64,000 bases of DNA, taken from the NCBI GenBank assembly GCA_964524515.1, contig CAZGEA010000001.1, positions 361,522 through 425,521 on the forward strand, in the 5' to 3' direction. The notes beneath the pieces were generated by a model that saw only the letters and a list, made by a program, of their open reading frames with translations, searched no databases and was not told the origin of the DNA. This document shows, piece by piece, positions 9,316-18,682 of this stretch (positions are counted from its first letter, which is position 1; the number at the start of each line of letters is the position of its first letter). The position numbers and the translations under genes are program-made. The DNA is from an uncultured Gammaproteobacteria bacterium (GTDB taxonomy: Bacteria > Patescibacteriota > Microgenomatia > UBA8517).

Positions 9316-10174
9316 ATTAATTATAGCAATTATGTCTGGAATTGGCAGCCTAATTGGATGGGGTCTAGTTGATTTCTTCTCTGCAAATGCACTCAAAAAA
9401 AATAAAATGAGCGAAGCACAAGCCACATTTGTACTTTATTTAATAACTTCCACCATTCTCTGGACGATTGTAGCCCTCACTATGAAAAATTTGCCACACA
9501 TATCCCCTATATCAATAATCCAGGTCTCAATTTTTGCATTTCTAAATGTTGCAGCATATTTACTTTTCTTTAGTGCTTTAAAAATTGGAACCCTAGGGAC
9601 TATAAGTACAATCTTTGCAACTTACTCAGTTGGTGCATCATTTATTTCAATACTGTTTTTTAATGAACAAACCACTCCACTTCGATTACTATCGCTATTA
9701 ATCGTTTTTGTTGGAATAGCAGCAGTTTGCATCCAAGATTATAAATCTTTTAAACTTATAAAGGGATTTCGCTTAGCAATAATTGCTGCAATACTTTTAT
9801 CTATTTTTTTTCCTTTCTTAGACTCATTTCTTTCAAACAATTCAGGTGGAATATTTTGGGCAGCTCTGATTAATTCAATTATGACAATCTTCTTCCTCAT
9901 TTATCTTCTATCCAAAAAAGAAAAAATGACAAACATAACAAAAAAGGCAAGAGTGATGATTTTTGCAGGGATCGCAAATGCAGTTGGAGTTATCTCACTA
10001 AATTGGGGGTTTGAATCAACTTCATTAACTAGTGTAATCGTTGTTGTGTCCTCAGCTGTTCCACTTGTCTCCGCTACGCTTGGATATTATTTCTTTAAAG
10101 AAAGACTACATATAATTCAATATATCGGCATTATTATAATAGTCTCAGGAATGGCTCTTCTTTTTAGTTCCTAA
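9305..10174 (+). CDS. EamA/DMT-family transporter (10 TM, two EamA halves)
   Basis: Duplicated 5-TM architecture with the characteristic Gly-rich helices. Confidence 0.65.
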   Translation: MKFELIIAIMSGIGSLIGWGLVDFFSANALKKNKMSEAQATFVLYLITSTILWTIVALTMKNLPHISPISIIQVSIFAFLNVAAYLLFFSALKIGTLGTISTIFATYSVGASFISILFFNEQTTPLRLLSLLIVFVGIAAVCIQDYKSFKLIKGFRLAIIAAILLSIFFPFLDSFLSNNSGGIFWAALINSIMTIFFLIYLLSKKEKMTNITKKARVMIFAGIANAVGVISLNWGFESTSLTSVIVVVSSAVPLVSATLGYYFFKERLHIIQYIGIIIIVSGMALLFSS

Positions 10175-10176
10175 GA

Positions 10177-10584
10177 TTACATAGGATATTCCAATCCACG
10201 CTTAACTATATTTAATTCATGCTTCCCATAACCGAACGTATCTTTTACAAATTTTAACAATACTTCAATTTTATCCTCAAAATCATTACATGAATACAAA
10301 TCCATAGTAAAGAAAGCTTTTTTTGCAAACGTATGAATTGCAATATGTGACTCAGCAATTAACACAAATCCAGTAATTCCACCTGGGTCTTTCCCTGACG
10401 CAGTCTCGTCTGCATTTATCACAATTGGAGCACTTAATTTATGCATTCCAATAATTCCAGGTAAATCATTCAAAAATTTAAATACCAATTTCATATCATT
10501 TAATCTTTCTGGGTCTGACTCATAAGCATCAAGCATTAAATGAAGACCAAATGTGGTTTTGTTATTTTCTATAGGAAAATCCAT
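10177..10584 (-). CDS. speH: S-adenosylmethionine decarboxylase proenzyme (class 1B, SpeH type)
   Basis: The self-processing site LIAESHIAIHTF (ES|H, Ser becomes pyruvoyl) and overall arrangement match archaeal/Bacillus AdoMetDC. Confidence 0.8.
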   Translation of the reverse strand: MDFPIENNKTTFGLHLMLDAYESDPERLNDMKLVFKFLNDLPGIIGMHKLSAPIVINADETASGKDPGGITGFVLIAESHIAIHTFAKKAFFTMDLYSCNDFEDKIEVLLKFVKDTFGYGKHELNIVKRGLEYPM

Positions 10585-10615
10585 AAAGTATTTTATTAAA
10601 TATTATAATCTATTA

Positions 10616-10666
10616 CAACCAAAAAGAGAGAAGTACTCTCAAATATTTGGGCAGTATCTTCTCTCT
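10616..10666 (-). terminator. Intrinsic terminator downstream of the major pilin gene
   Basis: 9-bp stem AGAGAGAAG/CTTCTCTCT with a roughly 25-nt loop, followed on the minus strand by a TTTTT run. Hand-derived coordinates may be off by 1-2 nt. Confidence 0.5.
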
Positions 10667-10674
10667 AGTTGTTT

Positions 10675-11175
10675 TTAGCGCTGAACCGTTATCGCTCCCG
10701 CTAATTCTCCAGTTGCACTTGCAACGAGTCTACCATTTGCATCTCTATAGATGAAATACATAGTATTTGCATCATCTCCAGTTGATGGATCTTTTGGAAT
10801 TGCAGCAATATATGTAGGAACTACTAATTCCTGTTGTCCAACTGCAGCTTCAATCTCTCCAGCACCTGCTAAATCAAAACATGGTGTCGTATCTCCTATA
10901 CAAGTAGAAGTTGATGGAAAACTGTTAACAAGTGGATCAGTATCAGTATCTGGCAAATTACCATTATGCTCTGCAGCAAACTGATAAATTGCATTTGTTA
11001 TTCCCAATAAATCCGCTCTTCTTTGTGAATCGCGAGCTTGGGCAAATTGTCTACCAGGGTTTACGGCGACCAAAACAATGGCTGCCAAAATTCCAATAAT
11101 TCCGATAACAACCAAAAGTTCGATTAATGTAAAACCTTGTTTATTTTTTATTTTCATATTTTTTTCGCTATTCAC
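10675..11175 (-). CDS. Type IV pilin (major pilin candidate) with prepilin cleavage/methylation motif
   Basis: KQG|FTLIELLVVIGIIGILAAI class III signal with Glu at +5. C-terminal Cys pair (CIGDTTPC) consistent with a D-region disulfide. A strong terminator follows. Confidence 0.85.
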   Translation of the reverse strand: MNSEKNMKIKNKQGFTLIELLVVIGIIGILAAIVLVAVNPGRQFAQARDSQRRADLLGITNAIYQFAAEHNGNLPDTDTDPLVNSFPSTSTCIGDTTPCFDLAGAGEIEAAVGQQELVVPTYIAAIPKDPSTGDDANTMYFIYRDANGRLVASATGELAGAITVQR

Positions 11176-11231
11176 CCCCTTTTTTAAGTATTAACAATTA
11201 ATACTAACATAGTATTTATATATAAAGTCAA

Positions 11232-11474
11232 TCATTTAATATTTATATCAATATAACTCCTCTCAAACGCATTTTTAAACGCTTGATCAAGATGCTTTCT
11301 GTCAACAGATGTAGTGGACACTGGTGGAATCTCATTGGAATTTTGAGTTAAATCATTAACTGTATTAATGGATTTCAAAAACACATTTAAAGTAAATCCA
11401 ATCATAGCTGCCGAAATAAAAATCAGCACTACCAAGACCACGTAATAAGTATTAATTTTTTGAAAATTTTTCAT
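11232..11474 (-). CDS. Small single-TM protein in the pilus cluster
   Basis: ORF with one TM. Overlaps the next gene by 23 nt. Confidence 0.35.
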   Translation of the reverse strand: MKNFQKINTYYVVLVVLIFISAAMIGFTLNVFLKSINTVNDLTQNSNEIPPVSTTSVDRKHLDQAFKNAFERSYIDINIK

Positions 11475-11991
11475 TTACATACAAAAAACCATTATATTGC
11501 ATCAAGATTTGATTATCAGCAGTTTGTGTAACTTTCACTTGAACTGGCCTTATAAAATAAGAAAGTAACTCAATCTTTTTAAGTGTCTCATTTATTTGTA
11601 TCCAATCACCCTTCAAACTCATAGTAATAGGAAATCCTAAATATCCAGTCTTATCTTTAACTGGAACTTCATTTGCAAAGGAAAAACTATTTAAAACTTG
11701 TCCATTTTTAATCTCATCAATTTGATTTACAAAATCAACCACACTTGTTTCATTCGGATAAAAGGCACTAAGTTTTTCTATTTGTGGTTTCAACATTTCA
11801 ATGTCAGACCTTATTGCATCTTGGCTAACTGGAATATTTTGAGCCAAATCAATTTTAATTTTCTGTAAATCATGTGCTGCCGCTGTTAATCTATTTAAAA
11901 CTACAATCAAAAACAAAACAGCAATACCATCAACCACTCCAAGTAAAATTGCTCTAAATCCAAAGTCTGATAATAATTGTTTTATTTTCAT
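11452..11991 (-). CDS. PilO-like type IV pilus assembly protein
   Basis: N-terminal TM plus a coiled segment, about 180 aa. Position between the pilin and PilM/N. Topology-based call. Confidence 0.5.
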   Translation of the reverse strand: MKIKQLLSDFGFRAILLGVVDGIAVLFLIVVLNRLTAAAHDLQKIKIDLAQNIPVSQDAIRSDIEMLKPQIEKLSAFYPNETSVVDFVNQIDEIKNGQVLNSFSFANEVPVKDKTGYLGFPITMSLKGDWIQINETLKKIELLSYFIRPVQVKVTQTADNQILMQYNGFLYVNEKFSKN

Positions 11992-12012
11992 GTTAAAAAA
12001 ATGTATATATTT

Positions 12013-13431
12013 TCATTTTAATTTAATTGCTCCAGAATTTGATGCACTATTTGTCAAATACAAAAAATTCATTTGAAAATCCAAATTTGTTACTTTTTCA
12101 AAACTAGAAACTGGGATTCTAACCAAACTTATATTTGCATCATTTTCCAAATCATCTCTAAATTTTGCCAGGGAACTTCTCGATCCAGATATTCCTTCAA
12201 GCAACACTATTCCTGTTTCCATATTAATATCATATGACAAAATACTTACATCATTTGGTTTTAAATTTGTAATTTTATTAATCACATCTTGAGGATAAAA
12301 AATCGAAGATGAAATTTTAACTGTCATCTGAGATAGTTTATTGATCGTTGTAATTTGTGTCACTATGTCAGCAGATAATGCTGATTTCTGCCTTTCTTCA
12401 AGTGATTTTTCAGCTATATATTTTTGCCCTGCAATCGTTGAAAAAACTATAATCGAACTAAAAAATGTTATCCAAACAACAAATGAAAAAATCATCATCA
12501 ATGACCAAGTCTGAAAACTCATTCTCTTGCTCTCATATTTACGCACCCACTCAGGAGGAAGCAAATTAATAGAATATGGATCAAGGGGCTCTCTGGCTTC
12601 CCTGTATTGCATCGAACGAGAAAGCAAAAATTGCTCTGTTAATTTAGTAACTCCAAATTTTGGCAAGAAAAAATAAGAAATTGGATATTTTACACTTGTT
12701 TTAATCTCATTTATAAATTCATCATCCAAATTTCCACAACTGATTATGCTTTGAAATTCAAGAGAAGTAAAATGATTTAAAATTAAAGATGCAGTACGAG
12801 AAATCATTTTAGAATCATTTCCTGAAATTGTTGTACTAGTTTTAACAGATCCACTATCAGTCAAAACCAAAAGTGTTTCTTCGGGTTTTCTATAAATAAG
12901 CAAGTTCGCGCCTTTTGCGCTTTCAATTAATCTCAATAGAGAAAGTGATGGAGTCTCCACTAAAATTGGCATTAATCCTGCAATATCACAAGATTGTACA
13001 TATGATGACAAGATATCTTTCAAAACAGAAACAGTCAAAATATTAAATTCATTTTTGTTTTCAGTTGTCCCAATTATTTTCCAATCCATAACATTCAGTG
13101 TCTTTTGAGGCAAAAATTCATTTGTTGCCCAAACAACAGCCTCTTGAAGTTCATTCAAATTAAGATGGGATGGTAATTGAATTGTTTTAGTAAAAGTTGC
13201 AAACTCAGGTATGATAATTCCAACTGCCCTCTCCCCAATCTTATATTTTTTCCAAAGCTGGCTCAAAAAAACAGCCATTTTTGAAACATCAGCAACTTTT
13301 GATTGGGAAATAAGATTTTCAGGAATTAACTCAGTGGCTTGTACCAAAACTTTACCTTTATCAGGCGAGAGCAGAAAAATCTCAATACTCTTAGGGCTAA
13401 ACACTAATGAAACGAAACGTTTTTTGTACAT
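12013..13431 (-). CDS. PilM-PilN fusion (actin-like ATPase fold fused to a TM-anchored PilN-like domain)
   Basis: N-terminal about 300 aa PilM-like region. Central TM (WSLMMIFSFVVWITFFSSIIVF). C-terminal periplasmic domain. Confidence 0.6.
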   Translation of the reverse strand: MYKKRFVSLVFSPKSIEIFLLSPDKGKVLVQATELIPENLISQSKVADVSKMAVFLSQLWKKYKIGERAVGIIIPEFATFTKTIQLPSHLNLNELQEAVVWATNEFLPQKTLNVMDWKIIGTTENKNEFNILTVSVLKDILSSYVQSCDIAGLMPILVETPSLSLLRLIESAKGANLLIYRKPEETLLVLTDSGSVKTSTTISGNDSKMISRTASLILNHFTSLEFQSIISCGNLDDEFINEIKTSVKYPISYFFLPKFGVTKLTEQFLLSRSMQYREAREPLDPYSINLLPPEWVRKYESKRMSFQTWSLMMIFSFVVWITFFSSIIVFSTIAGQKYIAEKSLEERQKSALSADIVTQITTINKLSQMTVKISSSIFYPQDVINKITNLKPNDVSILSYDINMETGIVLLEGISGSRSSLAKFRDDLENDANISLVRIPVSSFEKVTNLDFQMNFLYLTNSASNSGAIKLK

Positions 13432-13460
13432 TGGCAGGTTATAACTATTATACTAAATAA

Positions 13461-14807
13461 ATGAAAATAGATCTGCCCAACAAAAACAAAAAAGGTCAGG
13501 TTCTAATAGGCCTTACTGTCTCAATTGCCGTGCTCGCTATTTTGACAGAAGTAGTAATTTCCCTAGTCTACACTTCATATCAAATTCTCGCATTTACACA
13601 AGCCAGGACTAACGCAAAGTTTATTGCACTAAACGAAATAGAGATAATTAAAAACTTACCTTACAATTCAATTGGAACAGTTGGAGGAATTCCAACAGGT
13701 GTTTTAAGCCAATCAAAAACGACAATCAGAAACGGATTAACTTATACAATTTCAACAAGTGTAATCTATATTGACGATCAATTTGACTCAATTGCACCAA
13801 CTGATCTATTGCCAACTGATTACAAAAGAGCTCGTGTCGAAGTCAGCTGGCCAGGATTAGCACAATCCAAAACAAACCCAGTAGTTTTAGTTACTGACAT
13901 TGCGCCAAAAGGAGTTGAAACAACAAATGGGGGAGGAACATTATCAATTCTAGTCTTTGATTCAAGTGGATTACCATTATCACAAGCCAATGTACACATT
14001 GTGGCAAGTACAGTAAACCCAGCTGTTGATTTAAATTTAAAAACTGCAACAGATGGACGAGTAATACTTCCAGGTGCTCCAGCCTGCAATGGATGTTACC
14101 AAATTACAGTAACCAAATCAGGTTACTCAACTGATCGCACGTATTCAAGCTCAGAAGTTACAAATCCAAATAAACCACACCAAACAATAATCGCAAGCAA
14201 TCTGACAGAAGTCAGTTTCTCAATTGATCTTTTATCATCAATAAATGTCACTTCCACTTATGGTAGTCAAAATAATTTCGCCGTTTACCCAAATAGAGGC
14301 TTTGCCCTTCAAGGTACAAAACAAATTGGCACAGATTCCCTAAATAATCCTGTATACAAATACAAAAACGGATTCCAAACTGATAGTCTTGGAAATTTAA
14401 CAATTTCAAACCTAGAATGGGATACCTATCAATTCACATCCTCTGATTCAGCAACTCTTGATTTGGAAGCAGTTAATCCAACAATCCCATTAATAATGTA
14501 CCCAAATACTCAAACACAATTTACGTTCGCCCAAACAAGTCATACTGCAAACTCTCTACGCGTTCAATTCTTAGGTTCTGGGGGTTCACCAATTGCCTCA
14601 GTTGCAGCAACACTTTCTCAATCATCAATTCCAATTGCCACACAATCAAGTGGATTATCAACAGATCCAAATTTTGGACAAGTATACTTTCCATCTCTAT
14701 CATCTGGAATCTATACTATTGATGCAACAGCATCTGGCTATCTTCCATATTCTGCTGTTGCAACTGTATCAGGCCAAACAGTAGAAAATATAAATTTAAC
14801 CCAATGA
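13461..14807 (+). CDS. Large pilus-associated protein with pilin-like N-terminal hydrophobic segment and carboxypeptidase-regulatory-like beta domains
   Basis: The N-terminal KGQVLIGLTVSIAVLAIL helix lacks the canonical E+5. The Ig-like/CarbopepD_reg-like middle region suggests a minor pilin or tip-associated protein. Confidence 0.45.
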   Translation: MKIDLPNKNKKGQVLIGLTVSIAVLAILTEVVISLVYTSYQILAFTQARTNAKFIALNEIEIIKNLPYNSIGTVGGIPTGVLSQSKTTIRNGLTYTISTSVIYIDDQFDSIAPTDLLPTDYKRARVEVSWPGLAQSKTNPVVLVTDIAPKGVETTNGGGTLSILVFDSSGLPLSQANVHIVASTVNPAVDLNLKTATDGRVILPGAPACNGCYQITVTKSGYSTDRTYSSSEVTNPNKPHQTIIASNLTEVSFSIDLLSSINVTSTYGSQNNFAVYPNRGFALQGTKQIGTDSLNNPVYKYKNGFQTDSLGNLTISNLEWDTYQFTSSDSATLDLEAVNPTIPLIMYPNTQTQFTFAQTSHTANSLRVQFLGSGGSPIASVAATLSQSSIPIATQSSGLSTDPNFGQVYFPSLSSGIYTIDATASGYLPYSAVATVSGQTVENINLTQ

Positions 14808-15409
14808 AAAAAAACAAAGGATTTACACTAGTTGAAGTAGCCATAGGTGGCGCTATGATGGTTGCAATTGGAGGTGCGATTGCAGGCCTTCAATACATTA
14901 TGATTCAAAACCAACTCTCAATTTTTGGTGGTACAACCAAAGTTGAATATGCAAATTCAACTGCCCGTGAACTAGTAAGAGAAATACGAACCGCAAGAGA
15001 CGGGGACAATGGGGCATATGTCATCGAAGCTGCATCAGCAAATTCAATCACTTTCTATACTGATTCTGATTTTGATGGCAAAGCTGAAAAAATTAGATAT
15101 TTTTTAAGTGGAACTGATCTTAAAAAAGGAATCATAAAACCTGTTGGCTACCCAGTAACTTATCCAACCAATACTGAAATAATAAAAACCACTGCAGAAA
15201 ATGTAAGAAACTCTTCCACCCCAATCTTTTATTATTTCAATAGCAGTTTCCCAACAGATACAATAAATAATCCATTAAATTCACCAATTGATATCTCAAA
15301 AATTGCAATGATTCAAATATATTTAAGAATAAATCCAAAAAACGATCCCAAATCAGATTACATTGTCGATTCAGCAGCTGAAATTAGAACAATCAAAAAC
15401 AATCTTTAA
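14804..15409 (+). CDS. Minor pilin with prepilin-type N-terminal motif
   Basis: KG|FTLVEVAIGGAMMVAIGGAIA. Overlaps neighbours in ATGA/TAATG fashion (operonic). Confidence 0.75.
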   Translation: MKKNKGFTLVEVAIGGAMMVAIGGAIAGLQYIMIQNQLSIFGGTTKVEYANSTARELVREIRTARDGDNGAYVIEAASANSITFYTDSDFDGKAEKIRYFLSGTDLKKGIIKPVGYPVTYPTNTEIIKTTAENVRNSSTPIFYYFNSSFPTDTINNPLNSPIDISKIAMIQIYLRINPKNDPKSDYIVDSAAEIRTIKNNL

Positions 15410-16782
15410 TGTTAAAAAATAAAAGAGGATCAATCACACCAGCCTTAATGATTATTGTTGGTGCGTTTTCAATTGTGATTTATGGTTTATTGTTTGTACT
15501 CACTTCTCAGCTTGATTTTTCAAATCGCCAAATAGCAGGGGAGGAAGCTTTATCAATTGCCGAAGCAGGAATTAATTATTACAGATGGCATTTAGCTCAT
15601 GCCCCAACTGATTTCAAAGATGGCCAAACGTCACTTGGCCCATATGAGCACGACTACACTGATCCCCAAGGAACAAAAATAGGAAAATTCAGCCTAAACA
15701 TTATTGCTCCAATAAATGGATCAGCAATTGTTACAATCGAATCAACGGGATGGAGCCTAAGATTTCCCACAGTTAAAAGAAAAATTAAAGCACAATACGG
15801 CAAAGCCTCACTTGCCAGATATTCATTTTTACAAAATGCTTCAGCTTGGTATGGATCAGGTATTACAGTTAACGGTGACATACATTCAAATACAGGTATA
15901 AGAATGGACGGGATAAATACAGCCAAAGTAACAAGTGCTGTTGCAACTTATACATGTGGAACAGAAACAGGTTGCTCACCTGCTACCAATAGGCCAGGAG
16001 TCTGGGGAGCAGGACCAAACAGTTATCTTTGGCAATTCCCAATCCCTTCAGTTGATTTCAATGCAATTTCTTTTGATTTTCAAAATATGAAAACAGCAGC
16101 ACAATCATCAGGTTTATATTTAGGTCCATCTGGGCAACGTGGCTATCATTTAATATTTTCTTCAAACGGAACATTTCAAGTACGCCGAGTCACCAACACA
16201 TCAAACTATACTTCATACACACCAGAAGATGGTTGTCTTAACAGAGCTGAAAATATAAGTTCAGAAACAAATATTGGAACATACAATGTTTCAAATGTTC
16301 CTATATTTTTTGCAGAAGATCAGTTGTGGGTTGAAGGTGTTGTAAAAGGAAAAATATCAGTAGTGTCAGCACGTTTTCCAATTGATAATTACTCAATGGA
16401 TATTTGGGTTCCAAATAATCTAAATTATGTTGCGTATGATCACACAAATAATTTAGGCTTAATTGCTCAAGGAGATATTTATTTTGGTAGAAATATCCCC
16501 ACAAACTTTAGAATTGATGGCGCACTTATGGCTCAAAAAGGAAAAATAATAAGACATGGTTATATTTCAGGATGCGGATCAGGAAGTTGGTCAGTTAAAA
16601 ATTCACTAACAATAAACGGTAGCTTAATCTCATACAACAAATCATATTGGAATTTTGGTTCACCTCCTTCATCAGGATTCACAACAAGAAATATAAACTA
16701 CGATGCAGATTTACTTTTTATGCCGCCTCCATATTTTCCAACATCAGGGGAATACGAATTCATAAGCTGGGCTGAAGAATAA
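15409..16782 (+). CDS. PilX/PilY-like large minor pilin or pilus-tip protein
   Basis: N-terminal TM helix (RGSITPALMIIVGAFSIVIYGLLFVL) followed by an about 420-aa domain. Translationally coupled to the upstream minor pilin. Confidence 0.5.
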   Translation: MLKNKRGSITPALMIIVGAFSIVIYGLLFVLTSQLDFSNRQIAGEEALSIAEAGINYYRWHLAHAPTDFKDGQTSLGPYEHDYTDPQGTKIGKFSLNIIAPINGSAIVTIESTGWSLRFPTVKRKIKAQYGKASLARYSFLQNASAWYGSGITVNGDIHSNTGIRMDGINTAKVTSAVATYTCGTETGCSPATNRPGVWGAGPNSYLWQFPIPSVDFNAISFDFQNMKTAAQSSGLYLGPSGQRGYHLIFSSNGTFQVRRVTNTSNYTSYTPEDGCLNRAENISSETNIGTYNVSNVPIFFAEDQLWVEGVVKGKISVVSARFPIDNYSMDIWVPNNLNYVAYDHTNNLGLIAQGDIYFGRNIPTNFRIDGALMAQKGKIIRHGYISGCGSGSWSVKNSLTINGSLISYNKSYWNFGSPPSSGFTTRNINYDADLLFMPPPYFPTSGEYEFISWAEE

Positions 16783-16783
16783 A

Positions 16784-17470
16784 CTATTGATTCTGACTTA
16801 CACAAGATCCATCTCCAATTATTGTTTTGTATTGGCTTTTTTGATTCCACTCCGTGCAATCACGAGCTTCAATTACACCAGGTGGATAGCTGGATGTTGG
16901 AGTTGCCGTTGGGCTATTTCCACCACCAACAAATGCATCACCGCAATATGATAAAAGCCAATGTTTACACCATGATGGAGCAGATGGGGGAAAAGTTGGC
17001 CCAGGTGTGGCACTTCCTCCACCGCCTCCGCCTCCACTACCGCCACCTCCACCAGTTTCCCCTCCACCTCCGCCTCCACCAACTCCTGGAGTGGCAGTAG
17101 CAAAATATTGACCTACAGGCTCACCACCAGTTTGAAAAACTTGCCCTAACAATTCATCACTATTTGTAATTCCAGATTTACCTACTCCATCGTCAATCAA
17201 ATAACCATCAAAATTTCCAGAATTTGTTTTTAAATATTCCAAAAAAGCATTTACTTTATCTGGAGTCCAAAGTTCAGTATGTCCATCTGGAAATTTAACC
17301 AAACCATTTCTAGAAAATATTATTGTGTTCCCTGCTTTATCAGTTATTCTGATTTCATCATTTACTAAATTCGAATTATTTATACCGGTTTTTGGAGAAA
17401 AAACAAAAACTATCAAAGCCAAAAATCCAACAATAAAACCAACTATTAAATATTTTGAATTTATTTTCAT
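16784..17470 (-). CDS. Secreted Gly-rich, Cys-containing protein, function unknown
   Basis: Signal/TM at the N-terminus. A poly-Gly tract (GGGGGGETGGGGGSGGGGGGG). Six Cys in the C-terminal 70 aa. Confidence 0.4.
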   Translation of the reverse strand: MKINSKYLIVGFIVGFLALIVFVFSPKTGINNSNLVNDEIRITDKAGNTIIFSRNGLVKFPDGHTELWTPDKVNAFLEYLKTNSGNFDGYLIDDGVGKSGITNSDELLGQVFQTGGEPVGQYFATATPGVGGGGGGGETGGGGGSGGGGGGGSATPGPTFPPSAPSWCKHWLLSYCGDAFVGGGNSPTATPTSSYPPGVIEARDCTEWNQKSQYKTIIGDGSCVSQNQ

Positions 17471-18681
17471 TTTTTACCCACCTGATCCTGTAATCCACCA
17501 ATAATTCCATAAATTGGAGCGATCATAATAATAACCATTCCACCAACAACCACACCAATTAAAAGCATCAAAACTGGCTCCAATAAACTCGTAGCCCTTT
17601 TTATTGAATATTCAACTTCATTTTCATAAAAAACAGCCATTTCCTCCAATATTTCATCCAAAGTTCCAGTTTTCTCTCCAGCTTTAATTGTTTGAATCAT
17701 AATAGCTGGAAAAAGTTTCACTTCTTTTGATAAAACAGATGAAAGTGATTCTCCTTTTGAAACTCCTTCACTAAATCTATTTGCTGCTGCACGCACCTTT
17801 TGATCAGATAATCCCTGGGCAGACACATCAAGCGCATTAGTAATTGCAACTCCGCTTCGAAGTAATGTTGATAAAGTTCTAGCAAATCGTGCAATATCGA
17901 TTTGATGAATAACAGTTGAAACATAAGGTAATTTTAAAAAATAATTCAAAAAAATCATTCTAGTTTTTCTAATATAAAAAAGCATAAACAGGAAAAATCC
18001 TGAAAAAACAGCAGCAGCAATTGTAAGTGCTGTATTGTGTCCAATAAAATCTCCTACCGTCAAAACAATTTTAGTAGGCAAAGGCAGGGGAGTATCTAAT
18101 TTCAAAAATACACTCGAAATTCGAGGTAATACAAACAACATCATGATTGCAGCGTTTCCAAGCATTGCCAAAATAATAACTGCTGGATACATCATGGCTC
18201 CTCTGATTTTTTGAGTTAAATCATAACTTGCAGTTAATTGTTTTGTTAAATATTCAAAAGATTTCTGGAGCGTTCCCGATTCCTCCCCCACTTTTATCAT
18301 TGTCAAAAAAATTGGGTCAAAATCATTTTTATATTGTGATAATACTGAAGTTAAATTTTTCCCTTTTTGAGTTTGAAATGACAAATCAGCCAAAATCTTT
18401 TTCATTTTCCCCTTTTTAGTCTCAGCACGCATAATATCAAGCGCCTCAGGAAGTGATAATCCAGATCGAATCATTGTGGCCATAAACCTACAAAAAAGTA
18501 CTTTTTCAGACAAACTCACATGCCCCGAATCCCCTCCTCCACCATCAGATGACTTAAGTGAAAAAATAGTAATTCCAGTAGATTTTAACGCTGCAAACGC
18601 TTCATCTTTATTTGTTGCTTGAATTGTATCCTCAACCAATTCACCTTTTAAATTTGTTCCCTTGTAAATAAAAATTGCCAT
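17467..18681 (-). CDS. pilC: Type IV pilus platform protein PilC (GspF family)
   Basis: Two GspF-like repeats and three TM segments. Adjacent to and coupled with PilB. Confidence 0.85.
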   Translation of the reverse strand: MAIFIYKGTNLKGELVEDTIQATNKDEAFAALKSTGITIFSLKSSDGGGGDSGHVSLSEKVLFCRFMATMIRSGLSLPEALDIMRAETKKGKMKKILADLSFQTQKGKNLTSVLSQYKNDFDPIFLTMIKVGEESGTLQKSFEYLTKQLTASYDLTQKIRGAMMYPAVIILAMLGNAAIMMLFVLPRISSVFLKLDTPLPLPTKIVLTVGDFIGHNTALTIAAAVFSGFFLFMLFYIRKTRMIFLNYFLKLPYVSTVIHQIDIARFARTLSTLLRSGVAITNALDVSAQGLSDQKVRAAANRFSEGVSKGESLSSVLSKEVKLFPAIMIQTIKAGEKTGTLDEILEEMAVFYENEVEYSIKRATSLLEPVLMLLIGVVVGGMVIIMIAPIYGIIGGLQDQVGKK

Positions 18682-18682
18682 A

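Noticed and set aside
16822-17103. ORFs 16822..17100 (+) and 16873..17103 (-), His/Leu-rich, within the Gly-rich secreted protein gene
   Set aside because: They come from the poly-Gly (GGN) DNA tract read in other frames. The minus-strand 228-aa ORF with a signal peptide is the coherent gene.
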